A stretch of 54,566 nucleotides of DNA. Origin: Chloroflexota bacterium (GTDB taxonomy: Bacteria; Chloroflexota; Dehalococcoidia; GIF9; UBA5629). Shown here piece by piece: positions 8,159 to 17,059 of this stretch. The stretch spans positions 1 through 54,566 of the forward strand of contig JBBIPA010000008.1 in the NCBI GenBank assembly GCA_037443085.1, written 5' to 3'. Below the pieces are notes generated by a model that worked only from the letters and a program-made list of their open reading frames with translations, did no database searches and was not told where the DNA came from. Made by a program: the position numbers and the translations under genes. The first letter of the stretch is position 1, and each line of letters begins with the position of its first letter.

Positions 8159-10402
8159 ATGGCAGAGACATCTCAAGATGTAAAGGTTTATAAAATGGGC
8201 GCCTGGTCGCCGGGACCGGGATGCCATGGTGGCTGTGGTGTCGAGGTGCATGTGCAGGATGGCAAGGTGGTCAAGGTTGAGGGCATGGATGATCATCCCT
8301 GGTATCAGGGGAGGGCTTGCCCTCGTGTTCTGGCGATGACTCAATATATTTATCACCCGAACCGGCTGAAATATCCGTTGAAGCGTGCTGGCGAGAGGGG
8401 AGAGGGGAAGTGGGAACGTATTTCCTGGGATGAAGCCTATGATATCTGTGAAAAGAGGTTGAGGGAAATCGCTGGGAAATGGGGTCCCGAGTCGGTGGTT
8501 TTCACCCAGGGGACGGGGCGCGATGTCGGTGGTATGATGACCCTCCTCGCCTATGCTTACGGCAGCCCTAACTGGACTATGCTGGGGCTATCGGGGCATT
8601 CCTGCTTCACTCCGCAGCTTGCCGCCGGCTATGTGATGCAGGGTGATTTCACCTTCCCTGATGCTGCGCAATTTTTGAAGAAGAGATATGATGACCCCGA
8701 GTTTGTGGTTCCCAAGGTGACCATTAGCTGGGGCTCGACGCTTAATCGAGCCTGCGTTGACCATTACTGGTCGGGGCACTGGTTTATCGACCTGATGAAA
8801 CGGGGTGCCAAGCTCATTGTCATCGACCCGCGATGCACCTGGGAGGCAACCCGTGCCGCACTGTGGCTGCAACCGAGGCCGGGAACCGATGGCGCCCTGG
8901 CTCTGGCTTTTCTCAACGTCGTGGTGAAGGAAAACCTGTACGATAAAAAATTCGTGGAGAAGTGGTGCCACGGCTTCGATAAGATGGCGGAAAGAGTCGA
9001 GAAGTTTACCCCGAAGTGGGCGTCTGAAATCTCCTGGGTTCCCGAAGAGAAGATAATCCAGGCTGCCCGCATGTTCGCTGAGAACAGGCCGTCCAGCATC
9101 GAAATCGGCCGCCCTGTGGAAGGCAATCCCGAAGGCAACCAGGTTATCATGAACATACACCGCCTCATCGCCATTACCGGAAACCTGGATGTGCCCGGCG
9201 GCAATACCATTTGCCGCTCTGCCTATGCGGTAACCACGTATCCTTATTCTACGGAGGAGGTCATTCAGCTCTATGGTGCTGACCTTCACTGGAAGCTGAG
9301 TCAGAAAAGGATTGGTGCCGATAAATATCCTCTGGTGAAGAACTTCAGAGCCTGGGCTCAGGAGGACGCCATCATTGAGCAGATGGAGACGGGGAAACCC
9401 TATTCCATTCATGGACTGTGGATACAGGCAAATAATTTCCTGGCGAACCAGGCGCAGGATACCAAACGGCATTACGAAGCCTGCAAGAAGCTTGATTTCA
9501 ATGTGGTTGTTGAAATCTTTATGACGCCTACTGCCCAGCTCCTGGCTGATATCGTGTTGCCTGCCGGCTCATTCCCTGAGAAAGACTCCTTATACTGCAT
9601 CGGTGGCCCGCTCAACGTTATTCGCAAGGTTATCGATGTTCCGGAGTGTAAGTCAGACTGGGAGATAAACTTCACCCTGGCGAAGCGCCTTAATCCCACG
9701 GCGGTGCCCTGGAAAGATGTCCGGGAGATGCTCACCGAGAGGATGACGCCATCAGGCTATACCTTTGAGCAGCTTTGCGATAAGGTCTGGGACCTGGCGC
9801 CCAAGGGGCATCCCTGCGGCAGCACCCCTTACCGACGCTATGAATCAGGATTACTGCGCCCTGATAAAAAGCCCGGCTTCCGCACCCCCACTACTAAAGT
9901 GGAACTGTATTGCACCAGCTATGAGAAATGGGGCTATGACCCGTTGCCCTACTATAGAGAGATAGAGCCGGAAAGCCCGGTGAAGACGCCGGAGATATAT
10001 CAGAAGTATCCACTTATCATGATGACTGGTCGGCGCTCACCGGTGTTGTTCCACAGCGAGCATCGCCAGATACCGTGGCTCAGGTCGCTCGACCCTCACC
10101 CCATAGTAGAGATTAATCCTGAGACAGCTGAGGAACAGGGTATAGAGAATGGCGACTGGGTCTGGATTGAAGGTACTATGGGTAAGTTTAAGCGAAAGGC
10201 GAAGGTTACCCCCATTATCCATCCCAGGACGATTATGGTACCCCATGCCTGGTGGTTACCGGAGACCGAGGGCAAGTCTCCATATAACTATGGTATCTGG
10301 GACCTGAACTGTAACCAGCTCATACCTATGGGTTACAACGATGCCTCTGGCTTCGGCGGTGGCCCCATATCGGGCATGCTGTGCAAAGTGTATAAAGCCT
10401 AG
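8159..10402 (+). CDS. Mo/W-bisPGD oxidoreductase catalytic subunit (DMSO reductase superfamily; acetylene hydratase / catechol dehydroxylase-like branch)
   Basis: WSPGPGCHGGCG...GRACPR, RLKYPLKR..RGEGKWERISWDEA, PRPGTDGAL, ADIVLP and FHSEHR motifs; C-terminal molybdopterin-dinucleotide domain; no Tat signal. Confidence 0.88.
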   Translation: MAETSQDVKVYKMGAWSPGPGCHGGCGVEVHVQDGKVVKVEGMDDHPWYQGRACPRVLAMTQYIYHPNRLKYPLKRAGERGEGKWERISWDEAYDICEKRLREIAGKWGPESVVFTQGTGRDVGGMMTLLAYAYGSPNWTMLGLSGHSCFTPQLAAGYVMQGDFTFPDAAQFLKKRYDDPEFVVPKVTISWGSTLNRACVDHYWSGHWFIDLMKRGAKLIVIDPRCTWEATRAALWLQPRPGTDGALALAFLNVVVKENLYDKKFVEKWCHGFDKMAERVEKFTPKWASEISWVPEEKIIQAARMFAENRPSSIEIGRPVEGNPEGNQVIMNIHRLIAITGNLDVPGGNTICRSAYAVTTYPYSTEEVIQLYGADLHWKLSQKRIGADKYPLVKNFRAWAQEDAIIEQMETGKPYSIHGLWIQANNFLANQAQDTKRHYEACKKLDFNVVVEIFMTPTAQLLADIVLPAGSFPEKDSLYCIGGPLNVIRKVIDVPECKSDWEINFTLAKRLNPTAVPWKDVREMLTERMTPSGYTFEQLCDKVWDLAPKGHPCGSTPYRRYESGLLRPDKKPGFRTPTTKVELYCTSYEKWGYDPLPYYREIEPESPVKTPEIYQKYPLIMMTGRRSPVLFHSEHRQIPWLRSLDPHPIVEINPETAEEQGIENGDWVWIEGTMGKFKRKAKVTPIIHPRTIMVPHAWWLPETEGKSPYNYGIWDLNCNQLIPMGYNDASGFGGGPISGMLCKVYKA

Positions 10403-10416
10403 TCTTTCGAAACTGT

Positions 10417-10450
10417 AACGCAGGGGCGATTTATGAATCGCCCCTGCGTT
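10417..10450. repeat. REP-like palindrome, family A copy 1; may double as a terminator
   Basis: aacgcaggggcgatt-tatg-aatcgcccctgcgtt followed by a T run, 14 bp after the stop codon. The core is nearly identical to 20302-20329. Confidence 0.8.
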
Positions 10451-10633
10451 TTTCTCGGCTATTTTAACAGTTCCTGTACCTCTGCCACTGTTCGTGGCAG
10501 AATCTCCGCAGTTCTACCTTGAATGAAGTAGTCGGAAATGCCTTCAGTGGTGGGGGGTGTCGGTTCAGCGTTGACCTCGATGATAACGGTGTTTTGTACT
10601 TCCCGATGTTGCCGGGGGATGTGGGGGTAAGCA

Positions 10634-10664
10634 CCCCTTCTCTCCTTGCCAAGGAGAGAAGGGG
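10634..10664. repeat. Purine/pyrimidine-skewed palindrome, family B copy 1
   Basis: ccccttctctcctt-gcc-aaggagagaagggg, a perfect 14 bp stem; related to 31753-31825 in the opposite orientation. Confidence 0.7.
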
Positions 10665-10686
10665 CAGGGGATAAGAGGATGAAAAA

Positions 10687-10986
10687 TTACAATAGCTCCA
10701 GCGCTTCTCTGCCGGACATGCCGATGGTTATCCCCAGCCTGGCTGCCTCGGCATTGGCCTCCTTGACAATGCCCTCCAGGAGGTCTTCAATGGTGGCGAT
10801 GGGCTTGCCGCTCTGCGATTTTACCTTTGCCGCAGGGTAATTGAAATTATTCAATGCTGCCACGTCAAAAGCACCGCACCCCACCATGCCCTTATCGGTA
10901 GCCACAAACACCAGGTTTGTTTTACCCAGCGGAATCACGTAGCCGTCAGCATGCTTGTTGGTTAGTTTTACCTTTTTCTGCACCAT
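10687..10986 (-). CDS. YunC / DUF1805 family protein
   Basis: 99 aa with KGMVGCGAFDV...PAAKV...TIEDLL...LGITIGMSGREALE. Confidence 0.8.
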   Translation of the reverse strand: MVQKKVKLTNKHADGYVIPLGKTNLVFVATDKGMVGCGAFDVAALNNFNYPAAKVKSQSGKPIATIEDLLEGIVKEANAEAARLGITIGMSGREALELL

Positions 10987-11127
10987 AGTTTTGCCTCTCC
11001 CGTACTATACCCTATTAACCGAACCCTGCTCAACTTATTCCTTTACATCGTTTGCTGTTTCTTACCTCTATATTTTGCCTCGTAGTTTGTATATAATGAA
11101 CGAAACGAAAGGTTTAACCAGGCGATT

Positions 11128-12330
11128 ATGGAAGCGGTTTTGCTGGCTGCCGGTGAAGGCATACGGATGCACCCTCTCACTTATACCCGCCCCAAGGTGA
11201 TGCTGCCTATTGCCAATAAGCCTATCCTGGAACATTTGCTGCTGGAGATAAAAGAGGCGGGCATAACTCAATTTCTGTTTGTGGTGGGTTACCATGCCGA
11301 AGTCGTCCGCAGCTATTTTGGCAACGGTGACAGGTGGGGGGTAAATATTGAGTATATAGCGCAGATGCAGCAAAAGGGCACTGCCTCTGCTGTCAAGAGA
11401 GCCGAGGGGAGAGTAGGTGACAGGTTTCTTGTGGTGAATGGGGATATTATCGCCCGGGCAAAGGATATTCGGAAGTTGGTAAAAGCCGAGGATGTGAGCC
11501 TGGTGCTGGCAGAGGTGACTGACCCGGCTAATGTAGGCGTGGTGGAGGTGAAAGGCGCCAGAATCAAGAAGATTCAAGAAAAGTCGCTGAAGCCGTCATC
11601 ACGCCTGGCCAATGCCGGCGTCTACCTGCTGACCACTGAGATTTTCCCTGCTATCGTAGCTTGCCCTTCGTCGCCACGAGGTGAATATGACCTCACCGAT
11701 GCTATTCAATGTGTGATAGATGGTGGACGTCGTGTAGGGTATCATACGACTGACTACTGGCTTAACGTAGATTATCCCTGGGAGCTTCTGGAAGCTAACG
11801 AGCGTTTTCTTGCTGACCTTGAAGCTGGGAACGCAGCGGAAATAGACAAAAATGTCGCCATCAAAGGCAAGGTGTCTCTGGGAAGAGGCAGCCATATAAA
11901 AGCCGGTTCCTATATTGAAGGGCCGGTGGTGATTGGAGAAGGATGCACTATCGGGCCTCTCTGCCACCTAAGTGCGGGCACAACTGTTGGAAATAATTGC
12001 CACGTCGGCGGCATGGTGGAAATTAAAAACTCTATAATAATGAGCAATGCTCGGATTTCTAGCCAGGCCTTTATTGCTGATAGCGTGATTGGGGAAGACT
12101 GCTTCATCGGTGCTGGTACCAAGATTGGCAATATCCGTCTTGATGGCAGGAACATCAAAGCAGCGGGCATAGATACCGGGAGGCGGGAGCTCGGGGCTAT
12201 CATCGGTGATAAGGTGAATACTGGAGTCAACACATCCATTGACTCAGGTACACTCATTGGCAATAATTGTATCATTGGCCCTGCTGCCTTAGTTGGTGGC
12301 GTGATATTGCCTAATTCTATACAGTTGTGA
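11128..12330 (+). CDS. Archaeal-type bifunctional sugar-1-phosphate nucleotidylyltransferase/acetyltransferase (GlmU-like), paralog 1
   Basis: LAAGEGIRMHPLT..RPKVMLPIANKP, EK, SPRGEY motifs and C-terminal hexapeptide repeats; operon with glmS. Confidence 0.88.
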   Translation: MEAVLLAAGEGIRMHPLTYTRPKVMLPIANKPILEHLLLEIKEAGITQFLFVVGYHAEVVRSYFGNGDRWGVNIEYIAQMQQKGTASAVKRAEGRVGDRFLVVNGDIIARAKDIRKLVKAEDVSLVLAEVTDPANVGVVEVKGARIKKIQEKSLKPSSRLANAGVYLLTTEIFPAIVACPSSPRGEYDLTDAIQCVIDGGRRVGYHTTDYWLNVDYPWELLEANERFLADLEAGNAAEIDKNVAIKGKVSLGRGSHIKAGSYIEGPVVIGEGCTIGPLCHLSAGTTVGNNCHVGGMVEIKNSIIMSNARISSQAFIADSVIGEDCFIGAGTKIGNIRLDGRNIKAAGIDTGRRELGAIIGDKVNTGVNTSIDSGTLIGNNCIIGPAALVGGVILPNSIQL

Positions 12331-12339
12331 GGTATTGAA

Positions 12340-13524
12340 GTGTCAAGAATAGAACAAGCTATTGTGTTAGCCGGCGGTGAAGGGCAGCGATTAAGGCCAT
12401 TTACCAGTTTGAGGCCCAAGGTGATGCTTCCCATTGCCAATAAGCCTATCCTGCGCTATGTCATCGAGGCTTTGGCTCAGTCGGGACTGCGCCGTATCGT
12501 GCTGGTAGTGGGCTATCGACGTGAAGAAATACAGGACTATTTCGGCTCGGGGAAAAAATTTGACGTAGACATTAGGTATATTGTCCAGAAGACGCAGGTG
12601 GGGACGGCTGATGCATTGAAGCAAGCCAAGGATGTGGCTGCCTCTCAATTTTTGGTTCTCCCCGGCGACAACATCATTGAGGCGGATACCATTCTTCCTC
12701 TGGTCAGCGCCTCAGGCAATGCTATCGCCGTGAAATATCGGGAAAACGTTTCCCAGTACGGTGCGGTTATAGTGAAGAAGGGGAAAGTCTCCCATATTAT
12801 CGAAAAGCCGGAGGTGGCGGTAAGCTACCTGGTGAATACCGGTATTTATGCGCTCGACCAGGATATCTTTCCCTTTATCGAGCAGGAAAATGACCTTCCC
12901 CAGGCGCTGCTGGCGATGGTGGAGCATGGCTATAGTTTCGATGCTGTGGAGACAAAAGCCACCTGGCTCGATGCAGTGTATCCCATTGATATCCTCCGTC
13001 TCAATGAGGCAATGGTAACCAGGCTCCCCGCCAGCACTGGAGGCATCATGGACGCTGGCGTTACTGTAAAGGGCAAAGTGGCTATCGGCAGCGGGACTAA
13101 AGTGAGGGCAAATAGCTATCTGGCTGGACCGGTGGTTATCGGTGATAACTGCGAGATCGGGCCAACCGTCTGTGTTTTCCCCGCCACCAGTATCGGCAGC
13201 AACGTCACTATCTCACCTTTCTGCCAGATTAAAAACAGTGTTATCGGCAATGATGTGGTTATTGGCAGCAACTGCAGTATCCAGGATTCGATTATCGCTC
13301 CAGGATGCGTCATAGGCAATGGACTTACTGTCAGGACTAGAGAGATTATGCTGGAGAAAGAAAAGCAAGGCCAGATCGCTAAACTGGGAGCTTTGCTGGG
13401 AGATTTCTGCGAGCTTGACGACAATATCGTTATTCATGCAGGCATCTCTCTCGGGGTCAGGGCTCGGGTAAGGTCGATGAAGGTCATTGATGAGGATGTC
13501 CCCGAAGGGAGCCTGGTATTTTAG
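12340..13524 (+). CDS. Archaeal-type GlmU-like nucleotidyltransferase, paralog 2
   Basis: LAGGEGQRLRPFT..RPKVMLPIANKP, IIEKP and hexapeptide repeats; GTG start. Confidence 0.87.
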   Translation: MSRIEQAIVLAGGEGQRLRPFTSLRPKVMLPIANKPILRYVIEALAQSGLRRIVLVVGYRREEIQDYFGSGKKFDVDIRYIVQKTQVGTADALKQAKDVAASQFLVLPGDNIIEADTILPLVSASGNAIAVKYRENVSQYGAVIVKKGKVSHIIEKPEVAVSYLVNTGIYALDQDIFPFIEQENDLPQALLAMVEHGYSFDAVETKATWLDAVYPIDILRLNEAMVTRLPASTGGIMDAGVTVKGKVAIGSGTKVRANSYLAGPVVIGDNCEIGPTVCVFPATSIGSNVTISPFCQIKNSVIGNDVVIGSNCSIQDSIIAPGCVIGNGLTVRTREIMLEKEKQGQIAKLGALLGDFCELDDNIVIHAGISLGVRARVRSMKVIDEDVPEGSLVF

Positions 13525-13554
13525 TTTTATCCGGGACCTGATTGTGAAAATAGT

Positions 13555-15354
13555 ATGTGCGGTATTGTAGGTTATATCGGGTACAAGCAAGCTCAACCTA
13601 TCCTGCTAAAGTCACTGAAAAGGCTGGAATATCGAGGCTATGATTCTTGCGGCATAGCTATCGCCAATGAAGGACGCCTGCAGCTTTTTAAGGATGTGGG
13701 CAGGATTGTGGAGCTTGAGGAGAAGCTACCGCAGATTAATGGCAGGGTTGGTATTGGCCATACCCGGTGGGCTACTCACGGCGGGCCCTCTACCATAAAT
13801 GCGCATCCCCATCTCGATTGCCGCCAGCGGATTGCCGTGGTTCATAACGGCATAATTGACAACTATGCTCCTCTGAAGCAGCGGCTCATCGGAGAAGGAC
13901 ATGCTTTTCTCTCCGAAACCGATACTGAAGTAGTAGCTCACCTCGTGGAGAAATACTATAACGGCAGCCTCCATGAGGCGGTAGCCAGAGCGATTGGTGA
14001 TATCGAAGGTACTTATGCTGTCGTCGTTCTCGATAGTACTGCCAGCGAGCTGGTTGTTGCCCGCAAAGAAAGCCCGGTGGTAGTAGGATTGGGTGAAAAG
14101 GAGAACTTTATCGGCTCTGATATTCCGGTACTTCTTGATTTTACCGACCGGGTAATCTATGTGGAGGACGATGACCTGGTGGTGGTCACAGCCGACGATG
14201 TGAAAATAACACATGAGAATGAGGCAATTGGCCGGAAGTGGCAGGTAATCCCCTGGAAACTGGAGGAGGCGGAGAAAGGCGGCTATGACCACTTTATGAT
14301 TAAGGAAATCCATGAACAGCCACAGGTGATTCGTCAGACTCTGGCTACCTATGTCTCTGATACCGGCATTATGGCTGAACTGGAAATTCCCGAGGATGAA
14401 GAGCCCACCATGCTCTACCTGGCATGCGGCAGTTCCTTCTACTCAGCACTGGTTCATGAACACATTCTCGACAGGCTGGGACACCGTGATGTAAAATGCC
14501 AGATCGCCTCCGAGTTCAGCCATTCCTCCAGGGTGAAAGAAGGCACCTGGGTGATTGGCATCAGTCAGTCCGGCGAGACCGCCGATACTCTGGAAGCAGT
14601 GAAAAAGGCCAGGAGTCAGGGAGCCAAGACCATCGCCATAACCAATGTCGTCGGCAGCACTATTACTCGAGTTGCCGACCATACGCTGTATATGCGGGCA
14701 GGCCCGGAGATCAGCGTGGCTGCCACCAAGAGCTTCATAGCTCAGGTGGTGATGGGCTACCTGCTGGCTCTCATCGTGGCTCCGGTTGACAGCTATGTCA
14801 ACCGGTATGTCAAAGAGAAACTGGTTAAAGAATTGCAGCTTGTCTCCAATAAGGTGAAACAAATTATCGATAATGAAGAAGCAGTGGCCCAACTGGCAAC
14901 CAGTTTCCTGGCCAAATGTGAAGACGTGTTCATAATTGCCCGTGGGGTCAATTATCCAGCGGCGCTGGAAGGGGCGCTGAAGCTCAAGGAAATAGCCTAC
15001 ATCCATGCTGAAGCCTTCCCCGCTGGCGAGCTGAAGCACGGTCCCTTTGCTTTGCTCCGCGACAACACACCGGTAATTGCTCTGGCTACTCCCGACGAAA
15101 CCTATCAGTCATTGCTGACGTCCATTAAGGAGGTAAGGGCACGAAGCTCGCCGGTGATTGCCATTGCTGAAGAGGGAGATAAAAACATAGAGCAGGTGGC
15201 TAACGAGGTTATTTATGTTCCCAGAGTGGAACCCCTGCTATCACCGATAACCAATACCACCGTTCTGCAACTGCTGGCATACTACGCTGCCAAAGAGCGC
15301 GGCTGCTCCATCGACCGCCCCGTCAACCTGGCAAAAAGTGTCACCGTGCATTAG
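13555..15354 (+). CDS. glmS: Glutamine--fructose-6-phosphate aminotransferase (isomerizing)
   Basis: MCGIVG, LEYRGYDS, GHTRWATHG, SQSGETAD, EGALKLKE, GELKHGP and NLAKSVTV. Confidence 0.97.
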   Translation: MCGIVGYIGYKQAQPILLKSLKRLEYRGYDSCGIAIANEGRLQLFKDVGRIVELEEKLPQINGRVGIGHTRWATHGGPSTINAHPHLDCRQRIAVVHNGIIDNYAPLKQRLIGEGHAFLSETDTEVVAHLVEKYYNGSLHEAVARAIGDIEGTYAVVVLDSTASELVVARKESPVVVGLGEKENFIGSDIPVLLDFTDRVIYVEDDDLVVVTADDVKITHENEAIGRKWQVIPWKLEEAEKGGYDHFMIKEIHEQPQVIRQTLATYVSDTGIMAELEIPEDEEPTMLYLACGSSFYSALVHEHILDRLGHRDVKCQIASEFSHSSRVKEGTWVIGISQSGETADTLEAVKKARSQGAKTIAITNVVGSTITRVADHTLYMRAGPEISVAATKSFIAQVVMGYLLALIVAPVDSYVNRYVKEKLVKELQLVSNKVKQIIDNEEAVAQLATSFLAKCEDVFIIARGVNYPAALEGALKLKEIAYIHAEAFPAGELKHGPFALLRDNTPVIALATPDETYQSLLTSIKEVRARSSPVIAIAEEGDKNIEQVANEVIYVPRVEPLLSPITNTTVLQLLAYYAAKERGCSIDRPVNLAKSVTVH

Positions 15355-15403
15355 CCGCTTATCGCCTGATTTTGTGTCTATCCGGAGACTTTCGCCTTTT
15401 CTA

Positions 15404-15721
15404 TTACACGTATAAGTTGAGTGCGAAGGCAATTGCATTAGCTACGGCTGCCATCTTCTCAGATGAGAGCGTAGTAATTCGGGCGGCGAGCCTTGCCTTG
15501 GGGATAGTAAGGATATCGTCGAGGTTTACCACGCATTTGCAAGGCATGCCGTCTTGTTGGCCTAGAGGTACTTCTACCGGGATATCACGAATAGTGCTGG
15601 TAATAACAGAGACAGTCACGGACGTTCTCACGCTATAAGCAGCATTCCGCGATAGTAACAGAACGGGATGTCTGCCGATTGGCGGCGGTAGTTCTGCCCA
15701 CCATACTTCTCCCCGCAGCAT
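15404..15721 (-). CDS. Type II TA toxin, PemK/MazF family endoribonuclease
   Basis: RGEVWWAELP...RHPVLLLSRN...ITSTIR...NLDDI. The ATG overlaps the antitoxin stop (TAATG); an alternative start is at 15727. Confidence 0.9.
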   Translation of the reverse strand: MLRGEVWWAELPPPIGRHPVLLLSRNAAYSVRTSVTVSVITSTIRDIPVEVPLGQQDGMPCKCVVNLDDILTIPKARLAARITTLSSEKMAAVANAIAFALNLYV

Positions 15722-15972
15722 TACCATGACTCCTGGCGCATTATCTCGCTGGCCATAGCTATTTGAACTTGCCCCACTGCTGCTTTCTCCGGGATTCTCT
15801 GGTAGCCCTTCTTGTAGAGGTCATTCAGCTCTTCCTCTTTGATTTGCCGTAAGTAAAGCTGGCAGGCTTCACGAATAAATTCAGCTCTGGCCTTGTGCAG
15901 CTTTTTGGAAGTATAGTTCAGCTCTTTGAGGAGACTTTCATCAATGGGCACCTGAATCACCTTCTTCGCCAT
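15721..15972 (-). CDS. Ribbon-helix-helix (CopG/NdoAI-like) antitoxin
   Basis: MAKKVIQVPIDESLL...RAEFIREAC...YKKGY; GGAGG RBS before the ATG at 15972; coupled to the toxin. Confidence 0.85.
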   Translation of the reverse strand: MAKKVIQVPIDESLLKELNYTSKKLHKARAEFIREACQLYLRQIKEEELNDLYKKGYQRIPEKAAVGQVQIAMASEIMRQESW

Positions 15973-15992
15973 GGCATATCCTCCACAATTAA

Positions 15993-16026
15993 ATTGTGTA
16001 GTATTATACACATATTACTACACAAT
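15993..16026. promoter_or_regulatory. Inverted repeat, probable TA autoregulatory operator
   Basis: attgtgtagta-N12-tactacacaat (perfect 11 bp arms) just upstream of the antitoxin RBS. Confidence 0.7.
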
Positions 16027-16120
16027 ATCAATGTCGCGAATTGATTTCTGTGTGTTTAATCTGAGGTTATTCGAAACTATCCTCTGTTGCCCGGATGCCA
16101 GTTCATGAGGGAGAGGCAGA

Positions 16121-16907
16121 CTACGCGGTGCGAGCCTTGTTGCTATAGCCCCAGGAAAACCTGATTACTTTGTTGGGGCAATTGTCAACGCAGGTGCCGC
16201 AAAGAATGCATTCGGTGTTCTCCATCGAGCCGCGCTGCACCATGGTATGCACCGGTAAGCTCATGGGGCAGTTCTTGTCACAGGTGGCGCACTGCTGGCA
16301 TTCTTTGCCGGTGACTCCCAGTCGCAGGGACGGTAATCTCAGCCAGCTCTTTACCTTGGTGCCGATAATCATGAAGGGTGCCATCCAGCAGCTATAGTGA
16401 CAGAATGCTCTTCTGCCCACAGCGAGTGATAAAATCACGAAGAGAAACACGACCGTGAAATAGTCAATCAGGTTATGCGCTTCAGATACCGAGATGCCTG
16501 GTATCCGTCATATGTAATGGATTCACACGGCTCAACCCGCCCACCAGCACTGCCATAGCAATAATAGCGCTCAGCCAGGGAACCCAGATGAAATACTTGA
16601 TCCAGTTTAACTTGCCTCCTGGCGCCGCCTTATTGTTAATGGAAAAGCACCACTCCTGTATGCCGGCGACGGGGCAGGCCCAGCCACACCAGGCTCTGCC
16701 GAAGCCCAACGAGAATATAAAGAGCAACGCGAACGTGATGAAGCTGCCAGCAATGATTCCCTGCGCTGCTCCGTTAATGATGATATAGGGAGAGAAATAG
16801 TTCAGGGTCACTGGAAAGAGCAGGAAGGAGACCAGGATAATAGCCCTTCTGATTCTTTGCCTCTGGTTCATGGGCAATGCTAACGGGGACTTAGTAGCTT
16901 CTGCCAC
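16121..16907 (-). pseudogene. Membrane 4Fe-4S binding protein (NapH/polyferredoxin-like), frameshifted
   Basis: 5' part has GRAWCGWACP; 3' part has RRAFCHYSCW and two CxxCxxCxxxCP motifs. One frameshift near 16499 joins them (...HMTDT / GISVSEAHNLIDYFTVVFLF...). Confidence 0.8.
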
Positions 16908-17059
16908 AGCTATAGCCTCCTGAAGTGATTTTGTTGTTGTCTATTAAATTGCTCATATTACTACAGAAAAACTGTTTGTGCCAGCACAACATATTGTTTT
17001 TTAATCTATACAGAAGTAAAATAAGGCTTAAATTTGAATTTAGAAAGGCGGTGTTGACT

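Noticed and set aside
8588-9472. Long antisense or alternate-frame ORFs (this 294 aa one, also 19103..19993, 20927..21721, 40299..41006, 45016..45720 and many shorter ones)
   Set aside because: They lie opposite or within well-supported genes and carry no motifs; these are shadow ORFs.
13500-13555. glmS ribozyme
   Set aside because: Only 30 bp separate glmS from the upstream gene, leaving no room or motif.
16925-17059. N-terminal extensions in the ORF track (aor from 16925, helicase from 28029, metF from 45359, MDH from 47839/48903)
   Set aside because: The extensions are non-homologous and overlap promoters or other genes; downstream starts fit family N-termini and RBS or coupling.
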